Below are positions 24,460 through 36,500 of a stretch of 64,000 bases of DNA, piece by piece. A model generated the notes under the pieces. The model did not search any database. It saw only the letters and a program-made list of their open reading frames with translations, and was not told the DNA's origin. The translations under genes were made by a program, and so were the position numbers. The first letter of the stretch is position 1. The number at the start of each line of letters is the position of its first letter. This DNA is from Octopus sinensis (taxonomy: Eukaryota): NCBI RefSeq assembly GCF_006345805.1, contig NC_043004.1, positions 75,516,001 to 75,580,000 of the forward strand. The letters run 5' to 3'.

Positions 24460-25660
24460 ACTTGACAGAGGAAATTACCGGGTCTTGATTCGAAGAATTC
24501 ATCGAGCCATGTTTTCAGCTCCACTTGGAGAACAGCCGAAAAAAGAAATAATCTGAAGACGCTCAATCGGAAGAATTTGGTGGGTGCGATAGAAGTTCCA
24601 AGCCGAGCTCCTGAGCAGCATTCTTGGTCAAATTAGCGGCGTAGAGGTGAGTGCTGGCATGTTGAAGAAGTACACTGTGTTGCAGTATCGCGTTTTGAGA
24701 CTTTAGTCATCGAATGAAGATAACGATCGACGGTTTTATGAGAACATCAGATCCACTGGATTAATTCTTGAGTGGATTGGTGGGAATCTTAGTAGATGGG
24801 CTCGTTCAATCGATCTTCATTGAACCGAAGAGGTTGGCAGGAAAGCGTAGAATATGTGAAGTCGAAAGTACTCCACTTTGAAGCATGAAAACTATTTTTT
24901 ATTTCTTTATTGCCTACAAGAAGCTAAACATAGAGGAGACAAACAAGGACAGACAAACGGATTAAGTCGATTGCATCGACCCCAGTGCGAAACTGGTACT
25001 TAATTTATCGACCCCCGAAAGGGTGAAAGGCAAAGTCGACCTCGGCAGAATTTGAACTCAGAAAGTAACGGCAGACGAAATACCTATTTCTTTACTACCC
25101 ACAAGGGGCTAAACACAGAAGGGACAAACAAGGACAGACAAATGGATTAAGTCGATTACATCGACTCCAGTACATAATTGGTACTTAATTTACTGACCCC
25201 GAAAGGATGAAAGGCAAAGTCGACCTCGGCGGAATTTGAACTCGGAGCGTAACGGCAGACGAAATACTGCTAGGCATTTCGCCCGGCGTGCTAACGTTTC
25301 TGCCAGCTCCCACCGCCTTAAACTCGCCGCATGAAAACTATTTCTGTGCAGTTCTTTCAGTAATGGCACCTTCTCCGTGCACAGTACAAATGTTACGAGA
25401 GGCTTTGGCAACCTTGGAACCTTAAATGAAAGCGAAGAGATGCAGGTGTCGAAGAAAGCTCATTTCATTTCTGCTTGGCACTCCGTCATCATATGTCTGA
25501 AAAGAGGTAAAATTTACTCAAATGTCAAAAACGATAAACAAAAGTTGCTGAGGAAAACTACAACTAAAACAAAAACACAAAAGCACTACGATAAAAATAC
25601 ATTTGGTGTTAATACTAATAGCATTAGAAAGAAACGAACGGACTTATCAGACAAACCGGA
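24460..25660 (-). mobile_element. Internally deleted mariner element interrupted by a SINE
   Basis: FLRHLHLFAF..GSKVAKASRNICTVHGEGAITERTAQK*FS, then PLRFNEDRLNE...STQEL, VLLQH...ELGLELLSHPPNSSD*ASSDYFFF...ELKTWLDEFFESRP. Confidence 0.75.
24898..25328 (-). mobile_element. SINE family B tandem dimer with 15-bp TSD, inside mariner
   Basis: TSD GCATGAAAACTATTT at 24883-24897 and 25329-25343; body duplicated head-to-tail. Confidence 0.85.
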
Positions 25661-26213
25661 AGAATCAGCCTGATATATTTTACGTGAAATCTTAATTTTC
25701 AGAAGTAAGACATTGTGGAGTGTATCATGATAACCAATTGAAATTTTACATCACACGATGACATACAATTAATTATAAGACAAATTACAAAAGTACGAGA
25801 TGAAAGCAAAATGTTAATCATAATTTTGCGTCCGGAATTTAGTTCTTTGTCCTGCAATAAATCCACTTCCTGCTATTTGAGAAATGGCCACAAATTGATC
25901 ATAAAAAGAAGACAAAGTAAAAACTAAAATGGCAATATTTCGATTAACCAAGAAACATATAATAATAATCAAGGCGTATTTTCTGGAATAAAACTAATTC
26001 TTTCTTTTTTATTTTTAAGTATCATCTTGGGTTTTTTAAATTAATGGAAATACTTTAGGAGAGGCTGTGAGGTAAGTAGCTTGCTCACCAACCACATGGT
26101 TCCAGGTTCATTCCACTGCGTGGCACCGTGGGAAAGTGTCTTCCACTATAGCCCCGGGCCGACCAAAGCCTCGTGAGTGAATTTGGTAGACGGAAACTGA
26201 AAGAAGCCCATCG

Positions 26214-26267
<54 letters not shown>

Positions 26268-26685
26268 TGTGTGTGTGTGGTGTGTGTGTGTGTGTATGTC
26301 TGTGTGTCTGTGTTTGTCCCCTCAACGTCGCTTGACAACCAATGCTGGTGTGTTTACGTCCCCGTCACTTAGCGGTTCGGCAAAAGAGACCGATAGAATA
26401 AGTACTAGGCTTACAAAGAATAAGTCCTGGGGTAGATTTGCTCGACTAAAGGCGGTGCTCCAGCATGGCCACAGTCAAATGACTGAAACCAGTAAAAGAG
26501 TAAAAGAGAGACGTAGAAAAATCTGATCCTTTTGGACTTGGACAATAGACCGGCAAACAACGAACGATGAAGCTAAGAACGGTTATTTAAAGTAAAATAT
26601 GTTATTTCCATCCTGAAAACTTATTACTTTATTCATATAGTGTGTCAGTTGGATCACGAAAAATTTGAAAACAGCATCTTAAAAA

Positions 26686-27115
26686 TAATAATAATAATGA
26701 AATTATTGTATACAATACTCAGGTGCACCACAACTTGTCAGAAAGTGCATATAAAGTACATGCAGTAATGTAGAAATGTCTGGAAAGTGAACAGTGTATG
26801 AGTCAGATACATGCTTGTGTGTGTATGGAGGGGAGAAAATCAAGTGTAGTGTTGGCGAATCTCAGGAAGCATGGAAGTTTTGAAGGATGCAGTGCTCCGA
26901 CAACTAACAACCGATGCCGGCAGTTTGTTCCATGCTTCAGCAACTCTCAGCGTGAAAAAATGTTTCCTGAAGTCATGGGAGCTGTGCTGTTTTCTTACTT
27001 TGTAAATATGTCCACGGGTGTTAGATGGGTGGAGTTTGAAGAGGTGCTCAGAGTTATTGTTTGTGAGATGGTTGATTATATTCATTATTTCCAAGGACAA
27101 ATATGTTTTTAAAAA
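26686..27115 (-). mobile_element. CR1-type LINE 3' end
   Basis: NTRGHIYKVRKQHSSHDFRKHFFTLRVAEAWNKLPASVVSCRSTASFK followed by a 3' UTR and (ATT)n tail. Confidence 0.85.
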
Positions 27116-27243
27116 GGCAAGTCAAAATGATGGTTTTTTTATGTGAAATCTATAGATCCTTCTGTAATGTAGTTATTTGCATGCTTCAATGACTCTGATA
27201 GCTATGCCAGTAGAATTCAAGTTCGAAATCTCCCCCAGGGCAC

Positions 27244-27276
27244 CTGAAGAAGGCTGGAGAGTATATCAGCTGAAAC
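27244..27276 (+). ncRNA. Hammerhead-ribozyme-like core in a Penelope-type end
   Basis: CTGAAGA-aGGCTG-loop-CAGCT-GAAAC; canonical stems I/III and cleavage triplet not confirmed. Confidence 0.4.
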
Positions 27277-29138
27277 GTTGTGTTAACAACAAACAAGATG
27301 GGGACAAATATCCGTCAAATGTAAATAATGTAAATAATTCTGCTGCTGTTTTTAATAGACTGAGCTATCACGTACAAGTTCCCTTTTTGTATTTAACACT
27401 GTAATGTTGGTCATGCTTCTGGTTTGTAAAGAGTTAGTTTTGATTGACTGTAGTATCTGTGTCTTCGTGTATAGGACATCATTAATTTCACGAAGGTCTG
27501 ATAGTTAATCCCGGCTGCTAGATTCTACCCAAAGACATTATAACAGAAAAACAATCCTCTAAAACTGCTTATTCAACGCGAGATGACAAATTACTATGAA
27601 AAAGAAAAAAATTGAAAAAAACTACAATTATAATCAATATAAACTACAAAAGAAACAAGAAAATGTTATGCACAATAATTAGGAGCATTAATTACCTGTA
27701 ATTGGTATCAAAATTAACCAGTCCAGATAATACACCTGAGATCCAGGAACATATTCTTTTAGGAAATTTTTTTTCCCGAAAATCTCTCAAAAACCACACA
27801 TACCCTCTCTTTACTCTTTTACTTGTTTTATTCATTTGACTGCGGCCATGCTGGAGCACCGCCTTTAGTCGAGCAAATCGACCCCAGGACTTATTCTTTG
27901 TAAGCCTAGTACTTATTCTATCGGTCTCTTTTGTCGAACCGCTAGGTTACGGGGACGCGTAAACACACCAGCATCGGTAGTCAAGTGGTGGGGGGGGCAA
28001 CACAGATATACAAACATATACATACACATACACATATATATACATACATATATACGACGGGCTTCATTCAGTTTCCGTCTACCAAATCCACTCACAAGGC
28101 TTTGGTTGGCCCGAGGCTATAGAAGACACTTGCCCAAGGTACCACGCAGTGGGACTGAACCCGGAACCATATGGTTTGTAAGCAAGCTACTTACCACACA
28201 GCCACTCCTTCGTCTATAGACAACAGACTTGTAAAATATGTATCTTTCTACCTAAATTATGATTTCGACTCCTTCTTACAATCAATCATCTTGGTCGTGC
28301 CTGATCGATCAGACCTTATAACACGTCTATAACACGCACATGTTATAGATGTGTTCGATCCGGATGTGATAATCCGGATGTGATAATCCGGATGTGATAA
28401 TCCGGATGTGATAATCAGTGTTACGCAATCACAACACAAACAACAAGCTGTGATAGCGACAAACTGAAGTTACCATAAATGTTGTTTTCTTTAATCTTCG
28501 AGGTTTTTTTCTCATTTGACCGCAGCCATATTAGATTAACGTCCACAAATAATTTTACGGGAAAGCTACAAACAGAGAAAATAAATGAACTTTATAGAAA
28601 AGACCAGTCATCATGGCTGTCACTGTTCGTTCACTCAGTATCTTTATATCAGACACTCACTCAGTCAGCTAAGATCCTGCGTGCATTTGAAGGTCTATAT
28701 TTCACTGACGAGGTCGAAAGAGACAGAAACATGCTTGCAGATTCAATTAGCACTATATTCCTGCGTTCAGCTTTTAAATATTTAGGATTTCGGATTTTCC
28801 GTTGCCTTCATTGATCAGAAGATGTCAATTGGCCTTTGGTACATTAGCCCCACCAACCACCCACAGACTTAACTGTACTTTAAGTTTTTAGATTTGGGGT
28901 TAGCTGTCACTGGAGAATTTCTGAAGTGTGAATGGCATCGCGGACTGCATTCATCAAGAAGTCAGTATCCAGAAGAAAATGCTGTAATGACAATTGAGTG
29001 ACAAACAGACTAAAACTATGCAGGTGGGTTTAGATGTAAATGACATTTTAGGAAATCGGTTACTATACGTGTAACCTACTTTTAAAATTATTTCTGTATA
29101 CGTATTTGCGTATATGTGTGTGCGTGACACACACACAC

Positions 29139-29218
<80 letters not shown>

Positions 29219-29283
29219 ACAGAGTAAGTACATAAATGTGAAACAAAGTGTAAAAATAGTACTCGAATACCGGAGGTAGAGTA

Positions 29284-29670
29284 ATCTCTCTATATATAAA
29301 CGGCAGTTTGTCTGTGTGTGTTTCTGTGTGTCTGTTTGCTTGTACCCTCACCCTGACCACGGCTTTCAACCGATTCTGATGAAACTTGACACACATATAG
29401 CCCAATGTCATAATTCAAAACTAACGCAGCGAAAATTTTGAAAAGTTCCCCCAGTTCTGAAAAAAATCGATAAATTCGACATGGGGTCGAGAATCAGAAA
29501 CACAAACCACAGACTGTCTAGGGGACGCAACTCGACCTTTTTTAACTCTCAAAAAAAATTTACCATCATATTTTTCCCATTTTTTTGCTATTTTTTGGCT
29601 ATAACTCTCTAAAAATGCTTTATAGTTATTTCCCTTACAAACCTGAGCAACGCCGGGCGATACTGCTAGT
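29284..29670 (-). mobile_element. Helitron-like element nested in a Penelope-type repeat
   Basis: Shares about 100 bp of 5' sequence with 2844-3483; the flanks rejoin to the repeat also seen at 43332-43520. Confidence 0.55.
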
Positions 29671-31125
29671 ATGCTATAATAAAGCGGCAAAGACATCACA
29701 AAAACTGTTACTCAGAGTTTCACGTTCTCGTTCTCTTATTCTTGTACCTTCTCTTTTCCTTCTCTTTTTTCTAATCCTATCTCCAAATCTTTTTCTTTCC
29801 CTTCAGAGTTCTCTGTCTGTCACTCTCTCGCCCTCGCTCTTCCTCCTTTGTTCACGTGGGTCCCACATGACCATCGGCCATATTCCTTTCTTCTCCTAAC
29901 TTGTGTTTCTTTCTTTCTTCCTGTTGCAGCTGGACAAGCAAAACGTATTCTTGTCTGTCTCCTGTCCAAGCTTTTTTCTTCGCGTTTGCCACCACAGCCT
30001 CGTTTAGGCTTAGCAGCCCTTCTTGTTTGTTTTCACTGTCTTGTTTTTGTCACCAATTTTGACCCTCCGCAAAATCCCAAATTTTATTTAATTTGCTTTG
30101 CGGGAGCAACTGTTTTATCGAAGGCGTATCTTGTCGGGAAATGCTCGAAATATGGATTAGAAAAACAGCCGACAATTGGTGAAGGGTCGTATTTTGTATT
30201 GTTTGTCTTGTTTTCCGTTTGTTTCTTTCGTTTTTGGCAAAATCATTTCATATTCCATGTCCTCGTACTTTGTTTACATTTTGTGACGTCCTGTGCCCAC
30301 ATATGCATATGTATATACGTATACATGTAAGTATGTACGTTTAGGTATGTATATATGCATATATATATTATTTTTATCATCATTATTATTATTACTATTA
30401 TATATATAAGGATTAAGATATAAACTCAAATTAGACAATCATACTCATGCAGTTATAAATTCGACTTAAAATGCGCATACATATATTAATACATATCGAC
30501 ACATATGAACATTTTAAAAAATATTTATAAGATATAAATATAAACATACATAAAAATACATGTAAATAAAACCCATGTGAGATATATATGAAAGGAAGTA
30601 TGAGAAAAGAGAACTGATAAAAATTTCTTTGTAGTAAAATTAAGAGCGGTTGAGAGTCTCAATTAAAAGAGCCATAGAAATCGATGTGTTTTTTTTTTAA
30701 TATATATAAATGCTATATAAGGTATATGATACAGTTTGAGGTAGTCCACTTTCTACGGCCGTTTCCAGAGTTCATGCACACAACAATATTATACAGACAG
30801 ACATAAAAACAGCCAACCAAGAACGCACACCATGCTCGCACACGCACACACAGAAACGAGATCACAAATACCTCACGCCTAAAGCAACCTCACTACTACT
30901 TCCGGTCATTCAACATGCCGTGACAGTTGGATACACGGGCGTTTCAATTTCACTTTTCCTTCGTCTATTCTCTCTATGTCTGTCCTATCTTTCGGAAGAA
31001 GTGTGAATACTTGAAACATCAATGAGGTTCCCTTCTATTATTTCCCATTTCCTAAGCGTCAAACTATCAACTCTGTATTTATTTTTTTACTTCGCTTTAG
31101 TATTGTCTCTTTCGAGACCTTTGCA

Positions 31126-31181
<56 letters not shown>

Positions 31182-31755
31182 TGCGTGCGTGTGTGTGTGT
31201 GCAACGGGAGTAACGAGAGAGGAAGAGGATGGAAAATAATAATAATGATCATTTTCTACTCTAGGCACAAGGCCTGAAATTTTGGGGCGGGGGATAGTCG
31301 ATTACATCAACTCCAGTACTCGACTGGTACTTAATTTGTCGATCCTGAAAGATTGAAAGGCAAAGTCGACCACGGCGGAAGTTGAACTCAGAACGTAGTG
31401 ACAGACGAAATACCTGTTTCTTTACTACCCACAAAGGGCTAAACACAGAGAGGACAAACAAGTACAGACAAACGGATTAAGTCGATTATATCGACCCCAG
31501 TGCGAAACTGGTACTTATTTAATCGACCTCGAAAAGATGAAAGGCAAAGTCGACCTCGGCGGAATTTGAACTCAGAACGTAACGGCAGACGAAATACCGC
31601 TAAGCATTTCGCCCGGCGTGCTAACGTTTCTGCCAGCTCGCCGCTTTAATATTTATTTCTTTATTGTCCACAGGGAGGTTAAACTTTTTTGAAGATAATA
31701 GAATGTGCTTTGAGATTAATTTGATTGCTGTTTCTAGCAGATTGACCGACCACGT

Positions 31756-31855
31756 NNNNNNNNNNNNNNNNNNNNNNNNNNNNNNNNNNNNNNNNNNNNN
31801 NNNNNNNNNNNNNNNNNNNNNNNNNNNNNNNNNNNNNNNNNNNNNNNNNNNNNNN
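31756..31855. other. Assembly gap (100 N)
   Basis: Run of exactly 100 N, typical of a scaffolding gap of unknown size. Confidence 0.99.
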
Positions 31856-31859
31856 AGGG

Positions 31860-32350
31860 AACTTGGGAAGGGTCGTACACTTTCACTCATGGGTTTTGAC
31901 AGTTTGCAAATTCATCTACCATGAAATTCTTTTCATCCATGAAGATGCGGACGTTCTACCACGATATTTTAGATGACTAAGAAGTTTGGGACAGCTTTCA
32001 GCCCGAATGGCTTTGGAGTGGGTAGGGTGTTACAGTGCCTTCTCAAGTATGATCTCATGGAGGTCTTGTCTCACAGCCCTAGGAATGGTCATTCTACTGA
32101 TTCCTCAATCTCGAGCCAACTTTGCATCGATTTGATGGGTTCACCTCATCAATCTTTGAAGTCTAATTAAGAAGTGAGGTGTGCATTTTCAGTTACTACA
32201 AGGACTGTGAGGCTTTCTCTGAACATCCTGACTTTTCTTAAATTGGCTTCAACTCCAGAAACAGCAGATTCAGCATAGTTTGTTACTCTGACAAACTCCC
32301 CAGCACTTTTGCCAGAGTGGAATGATTCGGCAATTACACTTCTACAGTTT
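31860..32350 (-). mobile_element. IS630-Tc1-mariner (DD37D/maT-like) transposase remnant
   Basis: Frameshifted PIKSM..KLARD*GISRMTIPRAVRQDL..SYLRR and IFMDEKNFMVDEFANCQN. Confidence 0.55.
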
Positions 32351-32502
32351 AATTCTTTATTTTCATGCATAGTTGGTTCAATCTGAACACAAACAGAACA
32401 GTAGATTATTCCAGCTGGTAATGCTTAAATATAGACACCAACAAAATCTATACAGTTAGAAATATACCCATTTGAAATTTGTCCCAATTTACCAGTTACA
32501 AC

Positions 32503-32536
<34 letters not shown>

Positions 32537-32817
32537 CACACATAGCTATGTGTGTGTGTCTGCTTGACAACCAGTGTCGGTGTGTTTATGTTCCCATAAC
32601 TTGGCACTTTGGTAAAAGTGACCGACAGAAGTACTAAGCTTAAAAAGAAGTATTGGGAGTCAATTCATTTGACTAAAATTCTTCAAGGTGGTGCCCCAGC
32701 ATGGCCACATTCTAATGACTGAAATAAGTAAATGAATAAAAGAACTCCAGCAAACAGCTCTTCAACACGTGGACTTGGCTGTTTCATGAGAGCTGCTGTA
32801 ATGGCTCTGTCTTTCAT

Positions 32818-33346
32818 CCTTTAGCATTCACACCACTCTATTATATTTAATGCTTATTTACTCATATTGTTTTCAACTAATCCTGCATTATCTTGTGGCT
32901 TCGATACCTTGGTGATTGACTGTTTGTTTTAAATTTACATTGAAGTCATGTGGCTTCGTGGTTAGGAGTATTCGGCTTACGATTGTAAAATCATGAGTTC
33001 AATTCTCAGTGACACTTTATTTCGCATTGCTCCAATCCACTCAACTGGCAAAAATAGTTGTATCTGTTTTTCAAAAGGCCAGCCTTATCACAGACTGTCA
33101 TGATGAATCTCCCTGAGAACTACACAAAGGGTACACAGTGTCTGTGGAGTGCTCAGCCACATGTACGTTAATTTCACGAGCAGGCTGTTCTGTTGATCAG
33201 GGGTCAACTGGAACCCTTGTCATCGTAACTGACAGAGTGCCATTTACTTTGTAGGGTGAGTGTAAGAAGCCCAATCTGGACAGTTTGGATCTAAAGAGGT
33301 AGAATATTTTGGTCAGATATGGCCAGTTTGAATACAAAACGGTTAA
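32818..33346. mobile_element. Second, decayed copy of the piggyBac-type MITE, interrupted by a tRNA-SINE (about 32945-33243)
   Basis: CCTTTAGCATTC start and ...GATATGGCCAGTTTGAATACAAAACGGTTAA end align with 51877-52083. Confidence 0.6.
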
Positions 33347-33470
33347 TATGTGCAAGGGAACTCTGCAATGCTGATCCCGTATTTGTCGCTATAGAAGTTA
33401 CAACAATAATATTTCCTACATTTTCTATAATATTACTGAAAATGGAAACTTTCTGATTTCCCTGATCCAG

Positions 33471-33596
33471 TTGATAGATCCTGTGGAGTACATGAATTTA
33501 CCTGTGATAATGGATATTGTATACCTGAGCATGACAAATGTGATTACGAGAACGACTGTTTCGATGGTTCTGATGAGAGTCTTGAACTGAACTGTG
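33471..33596 (+). CDS. LRP2: LRP2 exon: LDLa repeat
   Basis: ccag|TT...TGTG|gtaagt; [41 protein letters not shown]; 126 bp, phase 1-1. Confidence 0.9.
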
Positions 33597-36500
33597 GTAA
33601 GTAGACGAAACCTAAACAGGGCAATTTATTTTTTAGCAATTCTCCTTTTTCTTTTTTAACTGTTTGCCTGATGAGTTGTAATTGATTAGATGAGATGCAA
33701 TTACTGTAAAAACCCATGTAATTTATGCACTTTTTTTGCAAAAACAAAAGTAAATTTTAGTGGGTATGTAAATTACGTGAGTCGATCGTTTCCAGAATTT
33801 TTTAGAAATTGTCTTTGCTAAAAAACGATGCACAATGTAAACACTTACTGGAAGTTGACTCATTTAATGTCAGAATAGGTTTTTACAGAAAATATATAAC
33901 AAAGTTGACTTTTATTAATGCTGGATGGTATAATGCTTACTTCTTCTGTATAAATTTACTAAAACCATTAAATGGTTAACTACTTTTTGAAGTTTGACGT
34001 TCATGCTGGTAATCACAGTCTGGGCCATATTTTACTGCATCTAATGCCAAAACATCATAATTCATTCTTGCGCTTGTAAACTCTCTAACTGAATATGACT
34101 TAGCATTCATACAGAAACCTTCACTTACTTTATACAATGTTTAATGTCGTTTCACATTCCTATTGAATTATTCATAGAACACTTGTAATGTATGTATTAC
34201 CAGTTCTTTCAATATAGTAGATATTTTCTATTCTTGTTTATGTCTCCTCACAGATGTGTATATTCTAACAAGTTGCTTCTCAAATTTAACATCTCTCTTG
34301 TTCAATAAACTCTGAGTTAAACTTGCAAAGCTGTTTATTTTCTCCTTTTGATTTTTAATGTTTATTTTAGTGGGTTACCTAACTATCAGTTTGGTCTCCT
34401 GGCTTTTTGCTTGACATTTTATAAGTGTGAAAGGGACTAAAATTTTGATACTATGTATCAAAGGTTCCAACAAGAATAAGCGGAAAATCAGAGCTTGAGA
34501 CAGGAAGACACTTTTGACCAATGAGGATTCTGTTTACATAATCAGTTTGATCGGTCACCTCTTCTATCGGTTGAGTAAAGTGTCATCCAAGCTGATGTTT
34601 ATTGGTAATTAAACTTATTTTGCAACACTGGTGTGTATTTATCAGCTTTGTTTTTGTTGATAAGAATAATCAGCAAATTTTCCTGTGATTATGATTTTAG
34701 AAAACATACAAAAGTATGCTAAAGATCGGACATAATCTCTTGTGGGAAAGAAATGTAAAATAGAGTTTATCATAAACAACAAAAACACTTTGTAATTTAA
34801 TAGCTTTCAATGTGATACCTGTTAAACAGGAATTATTTTTATTTCATGAAAATTTAATAAAATCTATTCTTAAGTAAGTGAAATTATGCTAAATACAACT
34901 AAACTGAAAATCTTTTCTCCCTGGTCATATTGGCAATTCTGAAAACTTTTGGGTGTGAATTTTACACAAGTAGAAGCATTTCTTAACAATTTTTTTCCTG
35001 AAAATCACCTGCATAAATTATACAGGTGCGCAAATTACATGGGTTTTTACGGTAATTAGCACATTTAGATTGTTGAAAATCTGGTCATCAGCAGTTGTAA
35101 AAATAAGTAAAAATCTTTATAGCCAAATACCATGGCTGCATGGTTAGAAGCTTGCTTCCCAACCATTTGGTCCTGGGTTCAGTCCCACTGCATGGTACCT
35201 TGGGCAAGTGTCTTCTGATGTAGCTGCAGGCTTACCAAAGACTTGTAAATGGATTTGGTAGGCGGAAATTGAAAGAAGGCAGTTGCATATCTGTGTGTGT
35301 GCATGCATTCATTCATGCATGCATGTGTGAGTGTATGTGTGCATGCAAATTTGCATGCATGTGTGTATACCCTTGCCTTGACATCATGTGATGTTGGAAA
35401 CAAACATCCCCATCATACAAGTGGGGTTAATATTTATGTCTTGTCTTCCACGTAAACCATGTCTGGTTTGGGGGAAAACATTTACCTTACTTGGAAACAG
35501 GTGAAAGTTGGTGACAGGAAGAGCACCCTGCCGTAAAAAATCTGCCTCAACAAAATTCCATCCGATCCATGCAAGCGTAGAATAGTGGACGTTAAATGAT
35601 GATGATGATGATATATGCATCACTAATTCTAATATTGATCTTGGTGAAGGCAGCAAACTGACAGAATCCTCAGTGCCCCCTGGCCAATATGATTAGCAAC
35701 ATTCCTTCCAACTTGTTACATTCTAAGTTCGAATTCTGCTGAGGCTGACTTTACTTTTCATCCTTTCTGGGTTGATGAAATAAATACCCGTTGCTTACTT
35801 GGGTTAATGCAATCAACTTGTCCCCCGCCTTCCCTGAAATTTCTGGCCTTGTGCCGAAATTGGAAACCAATGCCGATCTTGGTGGAAAGAAGAGTGGATT
35901 TTGCATGGGGTTTTTTTTTTTGGTATATTTAATGCTTTTTAATGTTATGAACCTTTTTTTTCATTTAATTTACAGCTAATCAAACATGTCCCACGACTTC
36001 GTTCCGATGTGAAACTAATTATCGATGTATACCTTCCACATACGTCTGCGATGGTTACGATAATTGTGGTGACAATTCTGATGAAAAACTGAGCAACTGC
36101 AAAAAATGTAATGAAACGAAGGAATTCAAATGTAAAAACAATGTCTGCATTCCAAAAACCTGGGTTTGTGATTCTAAAACTGACTGTCGAGATGGTTCCG
36201 ATGAAGACACCAGCTTTTGTAGTATGAAATTTTACTCTGTAAACTTTAGTTTTTTATTATTGTTGTTGCTGCTGCTGCTGTTTTTGTTGTTGTTTTTGTT
36301 GTTTTTGTTGTTGTTTTTGTTGTTGTTAAAGGCTGTGGGCTGGCAGAATGATAGCACACTGGGCAAAATGCTTAGCATTCTCTGCTGCTACATTCTGAGT
36401 TCAATTTCCACCGAGGTCGACTTTGCCTTTCATCCTTTCAGGGTCGATAAATTAAGAACCAATGAAATACTGGGAGCAATGTAAACCTGCTTCCTGAACT

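Noticed and set aside
28479-30330. ORFs 28479-28814 and 29848-30330
   Set aside because: No recognisable domain or splice support; composition is low-complexity or repeat-derived
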